Part shown: one piece after another, positions 25,001-36,720 of the stretch
How positions within the stretch are numbered: the stretch's first letter is position 1
How the letters are laid out: each line of letters starts with the position of its first letter
DNA from: Macrostomum lignano
Lineage: Eukaryota
Length of the DNA: 64,000 nt
Assembly: GCA_002269645.1 (NCBI GenBank)
Contig: NIVC01001013.1
Location: 315,946 to 379,945, forward strand
Direction: 5' to 3'
Made by a program: the position numbers and the translations under genes
Notes under the pieces: model-generated
What the model was told of the DNA's origin: nothing
Database searches by the model: none
Seen by the model: only the letters and a program-made list of their open reading frames with translations

Positions 25001-28000
25001 ACAGTCAAACAGGGACAGTCAAACAGGGACAGTCAAACAGTGACAGGCAAACAGTGACAGTCAAACAGTGACGGTCAAACAGTGGCAGTCAAATAGTGAC
25101 AGTCAGTGACAGTCAGTGACAGTCAAATAGTGGCAGTCAGTGACAGTCAAACAGTGGCAGTCAAACAGTGACAGTCAAACAGTGGCAGTCAAACAGTGAC
25201 AGTCAAACAGTGACAGTCAAACAGTGACAGTCAAACAGTGGCAGTCAAACAGTGACAGTCAAACAGTGGCAGTCAAACAGTGACAGTCAAACAGTGGCAG
25301 TCAAACAGTGACAGTCAAACAGTGGCAGTCAAACAGTGACAGTCAAACAGTGACAGTCAGACAGTGACAGTCAAATGTCATGAACCCCCCCCCCAACCAA
25401 TCCAGCTGCAGCCAATCTGACCTTCTGGTCGGCAACTAGCTGCTCAAGCAGGGCCCGCTGCTCGAACTCGCTCAGCCGCTCGGGCGATTTCACCCGGCAC
25501 ACTCTGTACTCATTGTCCACCGCCTGCAGGAAGCCGAGGAACTGGTGAAAGTCCGGCTCAGACAGCAGCTCCTTGTAGCTCTTGGCGTGGACCGTGCGAG
25601 ACACTTCCCGCGTGTAGAAGGTGGACAGGTCGCTGAGCAGAACTGGGCTGCCCTGCTGCATCACCAGGTCGATGGCTGTCCGGCCATTGTCGGCTGGCAA
25701 GTCGACGAATGCGCCGCGTTCCAGCAGCAGCTTCATGGCCAGGCGGTTCTGATTGGCCACGGCCAGGTGCAGCGGTGTCCGGCCTTCGTGGCCCTGCGCG
25801 TTCAGCGCCGCCTCGTCGCTGCAGCGGAGCAGGGCGAGGATGTGCGGCGACGATTCCTCCAGGATGGCGCGGTGCAACGCCGTGTTGCCCTGACGGTCGC
25901 GGACGGACTGGTCCGCCTGGCAGTCGGCTGGAGAATTTGAGAGTAAGGGAGGATTGCAATTATAACTGAGGCTTGAGACTTGATGCTCAACATAAAGCTG
26001 GATCGTTAGATAGAGGCTGAGGTGCTCACGAAGAAGAGGAGTCTGGGAGCTGGAGGTGGCAAGAGGGTGGTGCTTACGATGAAGAGGAGTCTGGGAGCTA
26101 GAAGTGCCAAGAGGGTGGGTGGTGCTCACGATGAAGAGGAGTCTGGGAGCTAGAAGTGCCAAGAGGGTGGGTGGTGCTCACGATGAAGAGGAGTCTGGGA
26201 GCTAGAAGTGGCAAGAGGGTGGGTGGTGCTCACGATGAAGAGGAGTCTGGGAGCTAGAAGTGCCAAGAGGGTGGGTGGTGCTCACGATGAAGAGGAGTCT
26301 GGGAGCTAGAAGTGCCAAGAGGGTGGGTGGTGCTCACGATGAAGAGGAGTCTGGGAGCTAGAAGTGCCAAGAGGGTGGGTGGTGCTCACGATGAAGAGGA
26401 GTCTGGGAGCTAGAAGTGGCAAGAGGGTGGGTGGTGCTCACGATGAAGAGAAGTCTCCGAGTCTGGGAGCTGGAAGTGGCAGAGGGTGGTGCTCACGATG
26501 AAGAGGAGTCTGGGAGCTGGAAGTGGCAGAGGGTGGTGCTCACGATGAAGAGGAGTCTGGGAGCTGGAAGTGACAGAGGGTGGTGCTCACGATGAAGGGA
26601 GGGTTTCAAGACAGGCAAAGAAAGTTCAGCAGGCCTCACTCAGCAGAGCCTCAAGCACAGAGGTCTTATCCTGAGCGCAAGCCCTGTGCAGTGGATAGTC
26701 TCCCGATGGCAGAGGAACATTTGGATCAGCGCCAAGTGCTTTGAGCTTCAGCAGAACGTTCAGCCGGCCCTCCTCAACTGCGTAATGAAGTGGCGTCATG
26801 CCCTGCTGATTGACTCGGTTGAAATCGTACCTGTTTTGTTTTTGTTTACGTGGATTTCACTGTGCGTAGTAGTGTGCTCAGTTTTGAAAGTGATACAAGA
26901 AAACTTATTTACCGTAAACCGCTCTTAACTCGAAGTAGCACTCGCTCTCTCACTCTCACCCATCACATTCTCACCCATCTCACTCTGACCCGTCTCGCTC
27001 ACTAATCTCTCACCTTCTCACTCTCATTCATTTCACTCACTTATCTCTCACCTTCTCACTCTCACTCATCTCACTCACTTATCTCTCACCTTCTAACTCT
27101 CACTCATTTATCTCTCACCTTCTCACTCTCACTCATCTCACTCACTTATCTCTCACCTTCTCACTCTCATTCATTTATCTCTCACCTTCTCACTCTCACT
27201 CATCTCACTCATTTATCTCTCACCTTCTCACTCTCACTCATCTCACTCACTTATCTCTCACCTTCTCACTCTCACTCATTTATCTCTCACCTTCTCACTC
27301 TCACTCATTTCACTCACTTATCTCTCACCTTCTCACTCTCACTCATTTATCTCTCACCTTCTCACTCTCACTCATCTCACTCACTTATCTCTCACCTTCT
27401 CACTCTCACTCATTTATCTCTCACCTTCTCACTCTCACTCATCTCACTCACTTATCTCTCACCTTCTCACTCTCACTCATTTCACTCACTTATCTCTCAC
27501 CTTTTCACTCTCACTCATTTATCTCTCACCTTCTCACTCTCACTCATCTCACTCACTTATCTCTCACCTTCTCACTCTCACTCATTTATCTCTCACCTTC
27601 TCACTCTCACTCATCTCACTCACTTATCTCTCACCTTCTCACTCTCACTCATCTCACTCACTTATCTCTCACCTTCTCACTCTCACTCATTTATCTCTCA
27701 CCTTCTCACTCTCACTCATCTCACTCACTTATCTCTCACCTTCTCACTCTCACTCATTTATCTCTCACCTTCTCACTCTCACTCATCTCACTCACTTATC
27801 TCTCACCTTCTCACTCTCACTCATTTATCTCTCACCTTCTCACTCTCACTCATTTCACTCACTTATCTCTCACCTTCTCACTCTCACTCATTTATCTCTC
27901 ACCTTCTCACTCTCACTCATCTCACTCACTTATCTCTCACCTTCTAACTCTCACTCATTTATCTCTCACCTTCTCACTCTCACTCATCTCACTCACTTAT

Positions 28001-29861
28001 CTCTCACCTTCTCACTCTCATTCATTTATCTCTCACCTTCTCACTCTCACTCATCTCACTCATTTATCTCTCACCTTCTCACTCTCACTCATCTCACTCA
28101 CTTATCTCTCACCTTCTCACTCTCACTCATTTATCTCTCACCTTCTCACTCTCACTCATTTCACTCACTTATCTCTCACCTTCTCACTCTCACTCATTTA
28201 TCTCTCACCTTCTCACTCTCACTCATCTCACTCACTTATCTCTCACCTTCTCACTCTCACTCATTTATCTCTCACCTTCTCACTCTCACTCATCTCACTC
28301 ACTTATCTCTCACCTTCTCACTCTCACTCATTTCACTCACTTATCTCTCACCTTTTCACTCTCACTCATTTATCTCTCACCTTCTCACTCTCACTCATCT
28401 CACTCACTTATCTCTCACCTTCTCACTCTCACTCATTTATCTCTCACCTTCTCACTCTCACTCATCTCACTCACTTATCTCTCACCTTCTCACTCTCACT
28501 CATCTCACTCACTTATCTCTCACCTTCTCACTCTCACTCATTTATCTCTCACCTTCTCACTCTCACTCATCTCACTCACTTATCTCTCACCTTCTCACTC
28601 TCACTCATTTATCTCTCACCTTCTCACTCTCACTCATCTCACTCACTTATCTCTCACCTTCTCACTCTCACTCATTTATCTCTCACCTTCTCACTCTCAC
28701 TCATTTCACTCACTTATCTCTCACCTTCTCACTCTCACTCATTTATCTCTCACCTTCTCACTCTCACTCATCTCACTCACTTATCTCTCACCTTCTCACT
28801 CTCACTCATTTATCTCTCACCTTCTCACTCTCACTCATCTCACTCACTTATCTCTCACCTTCTCACTCTCACTCATTTCACTCACTTATCTCTCACCTTC
28901 TCACTCTCACTCATTTATCTCTCACCTTCTCACTCTCACTCATCTCACTCACTTATCTCTCACCTTCTCACTCTCACTCATTTATCTCTCACCTTCTCAC
29001 TCTCACTCATCTCACTCACTTATCTCTCACCTTCTCACTCTCACTCATTTATCTCTCACCTTCTCACTCTCACTCATCTCACTCACTTATCTCTCACCTT
29101 CTCACTCTCACTCATCTCACTCACTTATCTCTCACCTTCTCACTCTCACTCATCTCACTCACTTATCTCTCACCTTCTCGCTCTCACTCACTTATCTCTC
29201 ACCTTCTCACTCTCACTCATCTCACTCACTTATCTCTCACCTTCTCGCTCTCACTCACTTATCTCTCACCTTCTCACTCTCACTCATCTCACTCTCACCT
29301 CTCTCACTCTCACCCTTCTCACTCTGACTCATCTCACTCTCAACCCATCTCACTCCATTTTACTCTGACCCAACTCACTATGAGCCTTCGCACTCTCACC
29401 TATCTCACCCTCAACCTTCTCACTCTCATCCATCTTACTCTCACCTACCTCACTTTCATCCATCTCACTTTCACCCATCTCACTTTCCCCCATCTCACTC
29501 TCACCCATCTCACTCTCAATCTCAATCTTAGAACGTACCCGATCTTTTCCAGCCTGTCCAGCACCCAAATCTGATCCTCGGCCGCGGCCAGATCGGCAAT
29601 AGTCCGACCGGACAGTACCGGAGCGTACGGATCGCCGGACACCAGCAGCCTCTCCAACTGGTCAGCATCCCGGCGCCTGTAGGCCTCTAATAGCAGGCTC
29701 TGCTCGGACTCATCAGTTGACTGTTTGCTTCGCTGTTGCAGCAAAGATCTCAGATCCATTAAACCGCTGGACATTGGCTGGTATTGCTGCTGCTGCGGCC
29801 CTGATTCGCCCAAGGTTCGCCTTAGCCGCATCTCCGCATGAGATGACAAGAAGCTGCGCAT
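16048..29861 (-). CDS. TRPM: TRPM-type cation channel with N-terminal ankyrin repeats, ~1227 aa. Exons 29861-29539, 26830-26640, 25927-25422, 24150-23684, 22256-22073, 21890-21414, 20552-19988, 19204-18835, 16648-16048
   Basis: All 8 introns are GT-AG and phase-compatible; the exons sum to 3684 nt = 1228 codons. Ankyrin motifs: GMTPLHYAV, GDYPLHRAC, GNTALHRAI, GRTPLHLAV, GRTAIDLV. TRPM MHR4/pre-S1: HPMDTLAVWSVL, SCIELAA..Q..LDKKWYG, FYNIPAVKF. S3 KWNYID, S4-S5 LGPKLKMM..MIIQD, pore loop with a Cys pair, S6 LLLNLIIALFS, TRP helix WQFERHDLIQEF. Confidence 0.88.
16665..18815. repeat. 23-bp tandem repeat GGAATGGCAGATTGTAGCTAACA, ~90 copies, in TRPM intron 8
   Basis: Direct reading; it fills almost the whole 2186-bp intron. 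Confidence 0.95.
19425..19660. repeat. 16-bp tandem repeat AAACTTCATAAACCCT in TRPM intron 7
   Basis: Direct reading, ~13 copies. Confidence 0.9.
19830..19958. repeat. 21-24-bp tandem repeat GGAGACACTGAAGGACCAGGG next to the TRPM exon 7 donor
   Basis: Direct reading, ~6 copies. Confidence 0.85.
20553..21290. repeat. 30-bp tandem repeat (sense: GTACCCAGGCTCCGTCACCTTAATCCCCAG) in TRPM intron 6
   Basis: Direct reading. The final unit supplies the real acceptor of exon 7. Confidence 0.95.
22360..23640. repeat. 33/35-bp AT-rich tandem repeat GAAATCTATAGATATCTACTCAATCCGAAATTA in TRPM intron 4
   Basis: Direct reading; contains the palindromes TCTATAGA and AGATATCT. Confidence 0.95.
24895..25375. 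repeat. 14-bp tandem repeat CAGTCAAACAGTG(A/G) in TRPM intron 3
   Basis: Direct reading. Confidence 0.95.
26020..26600. repeat. 52-bp tandem repeat GAGGGTGGGTGGTGCTCACGATGAAGAGGAGTCTGGGAGCTAGAAGTGCCAA, ~11 copies, in TRPM intron 2
   Basis: Units start at 26111, 26163 and so on (period 52). Confidence 0.95.
26945..29520. repeat. Essentially G-free (CTCA-rich) satellite with 29/38-bp units and an 851-bp higher-order duplication, in TRPM intron 1
   Basis: Three private variants recur exactly 851 bp apart (27094/27945, 27169/28020, 27501/28352). Confidence 0.95.
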
Positions 29862-31877
29862 TATTAATTTATTATACGAGTGTTCGGAATCTAAGCGAAC
29901 AAATCTAGCTTATATACGATTTATGATAGTGCTATGGGGTGGCTATAGTTGGATGGATAGATGAGGAGGGAGCCGTGGCTTCTAGTCGCGTCTTTTCCTT
30001 TGGATGAAGTCAGTTTTGATGATAGATTCAGTTCAATCTCCTTCCGTGGTCCTCTGCTCAGCCAGCCGCACAATGCTCTACTTTACCACTTTACTGCCTT
30101 GGCTTATAATTTGCAGAGTGCGCGGCGTTCTCCCCCAGCTCCTTTTTGGGGCGGAGGGCTAACACGGGTCGTATATATTTTAGAGGCCTTGGCAAGGTCT
30201 TTTTTGGCCTTAACTCCTTCCCTCTCTATCCCCCTTCTGTCTAACCCTCAGCCAACCCCTCCCTACTGTACATTACTCAAACCGCGTGCAATGTACATTC
30301 ATCCAGGTCCCGCCCTTCAACCTCGTCCCGCTTCTTCTTTCCTTCAACGGGGCCTGAGATTCTTCGCTTCCACTCCCACGCTGTTACTCAAAAATCCGTC
30401 AACAGTTCCTCGATAGAGAGATAGACTTGCCTGAGTAAGACAGCTAGCAGCAGATTAGTGGATTGCTCTTTTCTTCTTGTACAATAGGTATACGTATGAA
30501 CTGTGCTCAAGTATGACATTACATGCAGTCATGCTCCCTGTAGTGTAATTCCCTTAAAAGCTGCCGCAAATGCTCCTTTCCCGATCCTGACTGACTCATG
30601 GGTTTTTAGTCTCGCCGGATTTCTATTATTAAATTATAATCCTGGGGATCCAGCATCTGGTGGTGTCGTACTTATGCATGTATGATTATTAATTTATGAA
30701 TGAATATTGCATGCGAGAGAACAGTTTACGATTCTTAAGCGCATATATATGCAGTTGCACCAGCTGGTCAATGGCTGTGCATTGTGCATAAACAGGGCAA
30801 GAACTCAAGCCTTAGTTGGCACCAAGCATGCTAATGTAGTTTCTAATTAAATTAAGTTAATTATATAAGTATATAGTATCTTCTATCTGGCTGGGCATAT
30901 GCACAGCGTATGGTAATGTAGCCTTTGCTCTCCTGGGGCGCTGGCTTCCACTCTATACCCTCTATACCCTTTATTGACAAAAAGGCCCCACAAAACTTGT
31001 AAGCTTTTTTATTACTATATGGGGAGCAGGTATTGCAGTTTCTATTTTGAAAGGAAAATATGATGGATATGGGATCGCATTTAATAACTCGGTCCATCTC
31101 AGCGCCAGTTGGATCGCTAATTGATGCTTTTGATGGGAATTGATTCGATTAATCCATTTTGCAAACAATTCCAGTTTTTGCATACACCGCCCTGTGCTTA
31201 CGTTACTTCTAGATCCATCAGTCAATATTGAGGTAAGAGCTTATTAACGGTCAGCTTCTGCATTATTATTTATTAGCAGGATAGCTCAGGCTGACTGCGG
31301 GTCTATAGTTGTCATGATATCACCAGATTGGTTAGGCAGGCCACGCCAGTGACAAACGGTGTTGATTGCATGGGGGCGAGGTTGAAAAAGCAATTTTAAT
31401 TAACTAGGAATTGATACGAAATCTCTCCATCGCTAACCGATCAGATGAGCTTCAAGATTCTGTTATGGAGAATATGATACTAGCGTAGCTAGTAATAAAA
31501 TTGATTAAATTCGATAAACTCTTGTCCAAATCTGCAATGCTAGAAGCTGCAAGTTGCGATAGAAATATTCGCTGCATCCTATTGTAAGTAGCTTTCAAAA
31601 ACAAATTCAAATCGCATTAGCAGAAAATCCGAAGAAAAGTAATCTAATAGAAGTCCACAAAATGCTCAATCTTTGCCCGATATTTTTTATCAGAGTTTGT
31701 AGAGAAATAGTTCGTTTTCTTGTGCACTTTTATTTCTGGCAATTCGGCGCCGTCTCCAAAATGAGAAGAAAAATAAAAAACGATAATTTTTATTTCAAAC
31801 AAGTTTTTATCGAACTGAAAATTCTGAAGTGTCACACAGTGTGGTTTGTGGTGGTCACCTTAGACTTCCTAGACTTC

Positions 31878-33983
31878 TCAGACGCTAATATCTTCGCCGA
31901 AGCGGCAAAACTCGCCGACAATGCGCTCCATGTCCTGCTCAGAGTTGGTGTCCTGCGAGCAGACCATTCTCCAGCAGTTGATATTTTTAGAGGCGGCGCA
32001 TTTCTGATAGCCAATCAGCATTGAGCCGTCCAAGGTCATTCGCTTTTTTAGGAGAGGCGCCACAGCGTCCATTTGGCGCCACCAAGAGTCGTCCCGCTTG
32101 CTCCAGTCGGCGGGCTGGCCGCGCAAGGCCGGCGGGATGTACCAGAACAGCACGTTGGTACTCTCCGGCTCGGCAATCAGCTCAAACGAGCCATCGGTCT
32201 TTTGTCGTTGCGCAATCAGATTGGCTAGCTGCTTAGCCAGGGTGAACTTTCGGTCAACCAGATCGCTCAGGCCGGACTTGCCAAGGCCGCGCCACACGGC
32301 CCAGAGTTTCAGCACGTCAACTTTGCGACCGCACTGGATCACCTTGTCGCCAATGTCAAACTGCGGCGGATAGAATTTGTCCTGCTGAAACAGGTAAGCC
32401 GCTTGGGTGCCGTGAGCTCTTTGCAAAGCGCCAGAGTGTCTGGTGAGCAGCAGGCTGCACTGCAGATTGACGCCAAGCATTTTGTGCGGATTCCAAGTCA
32501 GCGAGTCAGCGCGTTGGCAACCATCCAACAGGTGCCGGCGGCTCTCCGACAGGATGGCACTGCCGCCTAGGCAGCCATCGACGTGCAACCAGACGTTAAA
32601 CTCTTGACACACGTTGGCCACCTCCGATATTGGGTCGTAGACGCCTAGCACAGTTGTGCCCGCGGTGGCCACCACCATTAGAGGCTTCTGACCCTATATC
32701 GAATGAAACATCAGAAAAAATGAAAACCACCGTAAAAGTGTTGACAGTCAAACTAAACAGAAATTCAAAAGCAAAAAGCCTTACATTCTCAGTGTCGGAT
32801 TTGATGTGCTCCCTCAAGGCATCAACTTTCATTCGTCCGTGTTCATCGGTTGCAACCTTGACGACCGCGTTCTCTCCGAATCCCATGAAGCTGGCACCTT
32901 TCACCATCGAGTAGTGACTCTGAAAATTGTATTATTATTGAATTGCATCTTTGATAGATACGCAGAGCCTTTCAAACAGAACTAACTTCGAGCGCGAACA
33001 CACCTCCATTGACACGTAGATCTTCGCCGGCGGCATAGCAGCGAGACCGAGCCGTCTGGCGTCGGGGAATACAGCCGATTTAGCCAGACTGATGGCGTAC
33101 ATGTTACCAATTGAACCGCCCGGAGTGCAGACGCCTTCGCCATTTTTGAAGCCAAATAATTCCAAGAATTGCTGCATTGCTAGACGCTCCATCACAGTGA
33201 ACACTGGAGCAACTTCGTAAGTGTAGCTGGTGTGTAAAGTAGTTTTTTAGTAGTTAGTTAGACTAAGAAAATATATAGGACGTGAACAGGACGATTTGAT
33301 TAACATTTACAGGCACCCGTGGGATTAATAGCCTAGCTTCTATTTATTTTACTTGCTTCGGTATTCAAAGCAGCATGTGGAATAAGTTGGATGACATCAC
33401 CGAAAAGCTTCCTTTGAGAGAGTCCCTTTGACCTACTCGTGGACCCACGGGGTCTAGACTAGCCTAAACTCGCTACCGTTGATGTTATAATAAGCTAAAA
33501 AGAGTTTAAGAAAGTAAACAAGTCCGCTTACATGCTCGCATTGATGGCGTCAGTTAGCAAAGATCCAACAACGGACTCTTCGTGAACGCGACCGAAAAGC
33601 TGGTTATAGAAGCGCGGATGGTTGGACGTGACGCTAAGGTCGTAGACTGTCTTCAGATTGTCAAGCAGGACGTCCTCGGGCACGGGCTTGTCCGGGAGGC
33701 CCAGCATCTCGGCGTACTCGGACATCAGGCTGTCCGGCGATATAAATTTTACAATTGGTCTGAAAGGCAAGTGGATCGGTTGTTGGTCAAACTCGTACCG
33801 CTGCGAAGTAACTAGCAGGTGTACAACGCTGCAAAAAAATTCTGAAACTCACCTGTCTTTATCCTTCTTGAAGCTCCAGTCTGCTTCATCAAGAAAGTCC
33901 ACGATACGCCTTAGCAAGCTGCGACTGGAGGCCGCTTCCGTCCCATTGACGCCGCTGTTGTTTGAAGCTTCAGTTGAAGACAT
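31878..33983 (-). CDS. Group II PLP-dependent decarboxylase, GAD/CSAD/GADL1/aspartate-decarboxylase family (CSAD/ADC-like), ~510 aa. Exons 33983-33853, 33759-33532, 33226-33004, 32919-32785, 32693-31878
   Basis: HPRFYNQLF, YTYEVAPVF, PGGSIGNMYA, SHYS, VATAGTTVLG.YDP, WLHVD, PLP lysine WNPHKM, IQCGRKVD. GT-AG introns are phase-compatible; total 1533 nt. Confidence 0.93.
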
Positions 33984-34324
33984 TCGACGGTTTTGCGTGT
34001 CTGACAGAAGGAAACTCCTGAAATGACAATGTTAAGATTTTGAAGCGGACAAATTATAATTTAAAGTCCACTTAGCTATTCGTCAAGTCTAACGAATTCA
34101 CTTTACTCTTAAAGTACTTGTGGATGTCAGTGCCAAAAGTTCTGTAGCTGCTGAATTTGTCTATGGGAAAGTTGTGGACTTCTGTCTGGCTAGGCAGAGG
34201 TTGAACTATACTCCGATGCGATATCTGTCTGAGTGGAACAAAATTATAGGACAGATTGAGCTCGTTCGAGCTTCGAACTCAAATGAACTTTTTTCGACTA
34301 ACCTATAGTACATAGCATCTTGCG

Positions 34325-34500
34325 CAGTGGCGCAACCATAGATTTAGTGAGGGGTGCGGATTCTGGAGGGTAAAGACCTAAAGGGGGCGGAGGGGGTGGC
34401 TCTGTATTTGGGCGAAGATGCGCTTGGTCCCCCTCATTTTTTTCAGGTCTCCACCGAAGGGGAGCGACCGCTGGGTGCACCCTGTCTGGGTACGCCCCTG
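34325..34500. mobile_element. 176-bp MITE with CAG(T/G)GGCG termini
   Basis: Left CAGTGGCGCAACC, revcomp right CAGGGGCGTACCC. The flanks share TCTTGC (an imperfect TSD). Confidence 0.6.
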
Positions 34501-35987
34501 TCTTGCTGTAGTAAGCTAGGGAAGTTTTTTTAATAAAAACTGGAAGTTTGAGAAACTGTTGCAAAAGTATCTTAACACCCAGCTCAATTGTATAAGCTTC
34601 CGACCAATGGTTGCAGGTGTACGTAGAGCATCTCCCACATATTACTTGTGTAACAAGATTCTAGACAGACTAATACTTCAGCCAAAAAAAGGAGTCTCAG
34701 TCCCAAATGGTCTCCAGTGCAAGGCGAGAGAGACAATTGAATGTCATTTACCCTCATTGACGTTTAGCGGAGCGATGGTAAATAAGAGAACAAAAAAGCA
34801 GGCTGGATGTCTCGAATGTGGCCAACTGTCTGCGCCGGAGCAGAGAAGGTCTAACTTTTAAATTCAGAGAGTAGAAATCAAAGAAGATACCATGATTCCT
34901 AAGGTCTGATGTCAAGTGGTCTGCGCTAAAAAATACGCATGGCCTACACGGGCATATTGCCACCCTAGATGCAGCGCAGCAGAAAGGTCATATAGAAGCG
35001 TAGAATGCTCACAATAAGATTCCATTCTAGGTCTGAAATATACTATAGACGAGATGATAAATCGACTACATTCTTACCGCAATGCTTTTACTTACGACGC
35101 CGAGAGCCTTAAAAAACATTTTGCAAGAAATAACCGTGGCAACCTGCCAAACAAATGCGTAACAGGACGCCCTTTCGTCCCTATAGTCTCACAATTTTGG
35201 CTCTTTTATAACAGGCAACAGATGAACTTGCAATTGAAAATCGATCAGGCTTGTCTTTATATACTTCATCCCTAAGGTAGCTACGAGTAAAATGTCGGGT
35301 AAATACTTCCTATAAAGTCGGAGTTCTCCCCTGAATGGATACTTGAAAGTAGTAGGTATAGAAAAACGATGGACTTTTCCGCTACTAGCAAGCGTGTTCT
35401 TTATGATTTCTAATTGTTCGAAAACCTAAGTCAACCCAATGCTTGATTGATGATGATCTTACCTACAACGGCTGCAGAATGGCTTAAAAAACTTCGCCCT
35501 GAGATTGACAGCGCCGGCTATGCTCATTTATGTATGCGGTTAATGCGGTTAACTACGCAAGCGCATTAAGTCGGTCTCAGAGATTCACTGCAGCTTGTAA
35601 AATGCTTGACGCACTCATATGAGGCCTTGCTTGCCAAGAGAACAAGAGCACGAATGTTTTATCCTCCTGCAAGGTGAAGCGTACAAGCTGGTGCAATGTA
35701 CAGGTGTAGCCACGCTCCCTTATCAGCCAGCCCGGGAGAGCCGGTTCGCAAGATAACGGGGCTGGCAAGGTGCACCGCCGGTGTCAAAATTTGTGGATCC
35801 AGTAAGGTTGAATTATTCTGAACTACTATTTTACTGACGTCAAAAAAAACAGTGTGAAGTATACTGACTACTGAACTGATAGGCCACCGTTGAGATTGTT
35901 GACGCAATCATTCACAGACTAACAATAGAAGACACTCAATGGCTATCTAAGCTAATGTTCTGCATGACTCAAGGACACTCCTATACG

Positions 35988-36222
35988 CAGGGGTCGGCAA
36001 AATCAGGTCCGCGGGCCAAATGCGTCCCGCGAAGCCTCTCTATCCGGCATTCGGGTCTTTTGGAAGCTTCACAATAGCAACTCGGCCCACTGAAGGTTTG
36101 TGTCTCTTCTCAGCTCTCTTCTCTGTAACCTCCTCTCTTTTCTCTCCTATTCTCTCCCTTCTTTCCTCTTTCTCCTCTCCTCTCCTATCTCCTCTTCCTC
36201 TTCTCTTCTGTCTTCTCTACTC
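35988..36222 (+). mobile_element. hAT (Charlie-like) MITE fragment
   Basis: Starts CAGGGGTCGGCAAA..GGTCCGCGGGCCAAATG. The body (CCCGCGAAGCCTCTCTATCCG..CACAATAGCAA..GTCTCTTCTCAGCT) matches the inverted copy at ~60000-60110. Confidence 0.7.
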
Positions 36223-36240
36223 GACAGTATATAGAGCAAA

Positions 36241-36720
36241 ATAACACCGGAAAATCCCGTTTCGATCTAAGCCAGTGGTCCAGTGCTCTGCATCACTCAA
36301 GGACACGCTAGAGAACAGAATAACACCGGAAAATCCCGTTTCGATCTAAGCCAGTGGTCCAGTGCTCTGCATGACTCAAGGACACGCTAGAGAACAGAAT
36401 AACACCGGAAAATCCCGTTTCGATCTAAGCCAGTGGTCCAGTGCTCTGCATCACTCAAGGACACGCTAGAGAACAGAATAACACCGGAAAATCCCGTTTC
36501 GATCTAAGCCAGTGGTCCAGTGCTCTGCATCACTCAAGGACACGCTAGAGAACAGAATAACACCGGAAAATCCCGTTTCGATCTAAGCCAGTGGTCCAGT
36601 GCTCTGCATGACTCAAGGACACGCTAGAGAACAGAATAACACCGGAAAATCCATTTCGATCTAAGCCAGTGCTCTGCATGACCCAAGCACACTCTAAAGA
36701 CCAGAATAACGCAGGAAAAT
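36241..36720. repeat. 79-bp tandem repeat, ~5.5 copies
   Basis: ATAACACCGGAAAATCCCGTTTCGATCTAAGCC... starts at 36241, 36320 and so on. Confidence 0.95.

Noticed and set aside
29961-31225. Short ORFs between the TRPM start and the decarboxylase
   Set aside because: No recognisable motifs or splice-consistent exon structure.
33801-33829. Alternative acceptors for decarboxylase intron 1
   Set aside because: One gives a 24-nt intron and the other is out of frame. The acceptor at 33760 yields the conserved DRPIVKF.
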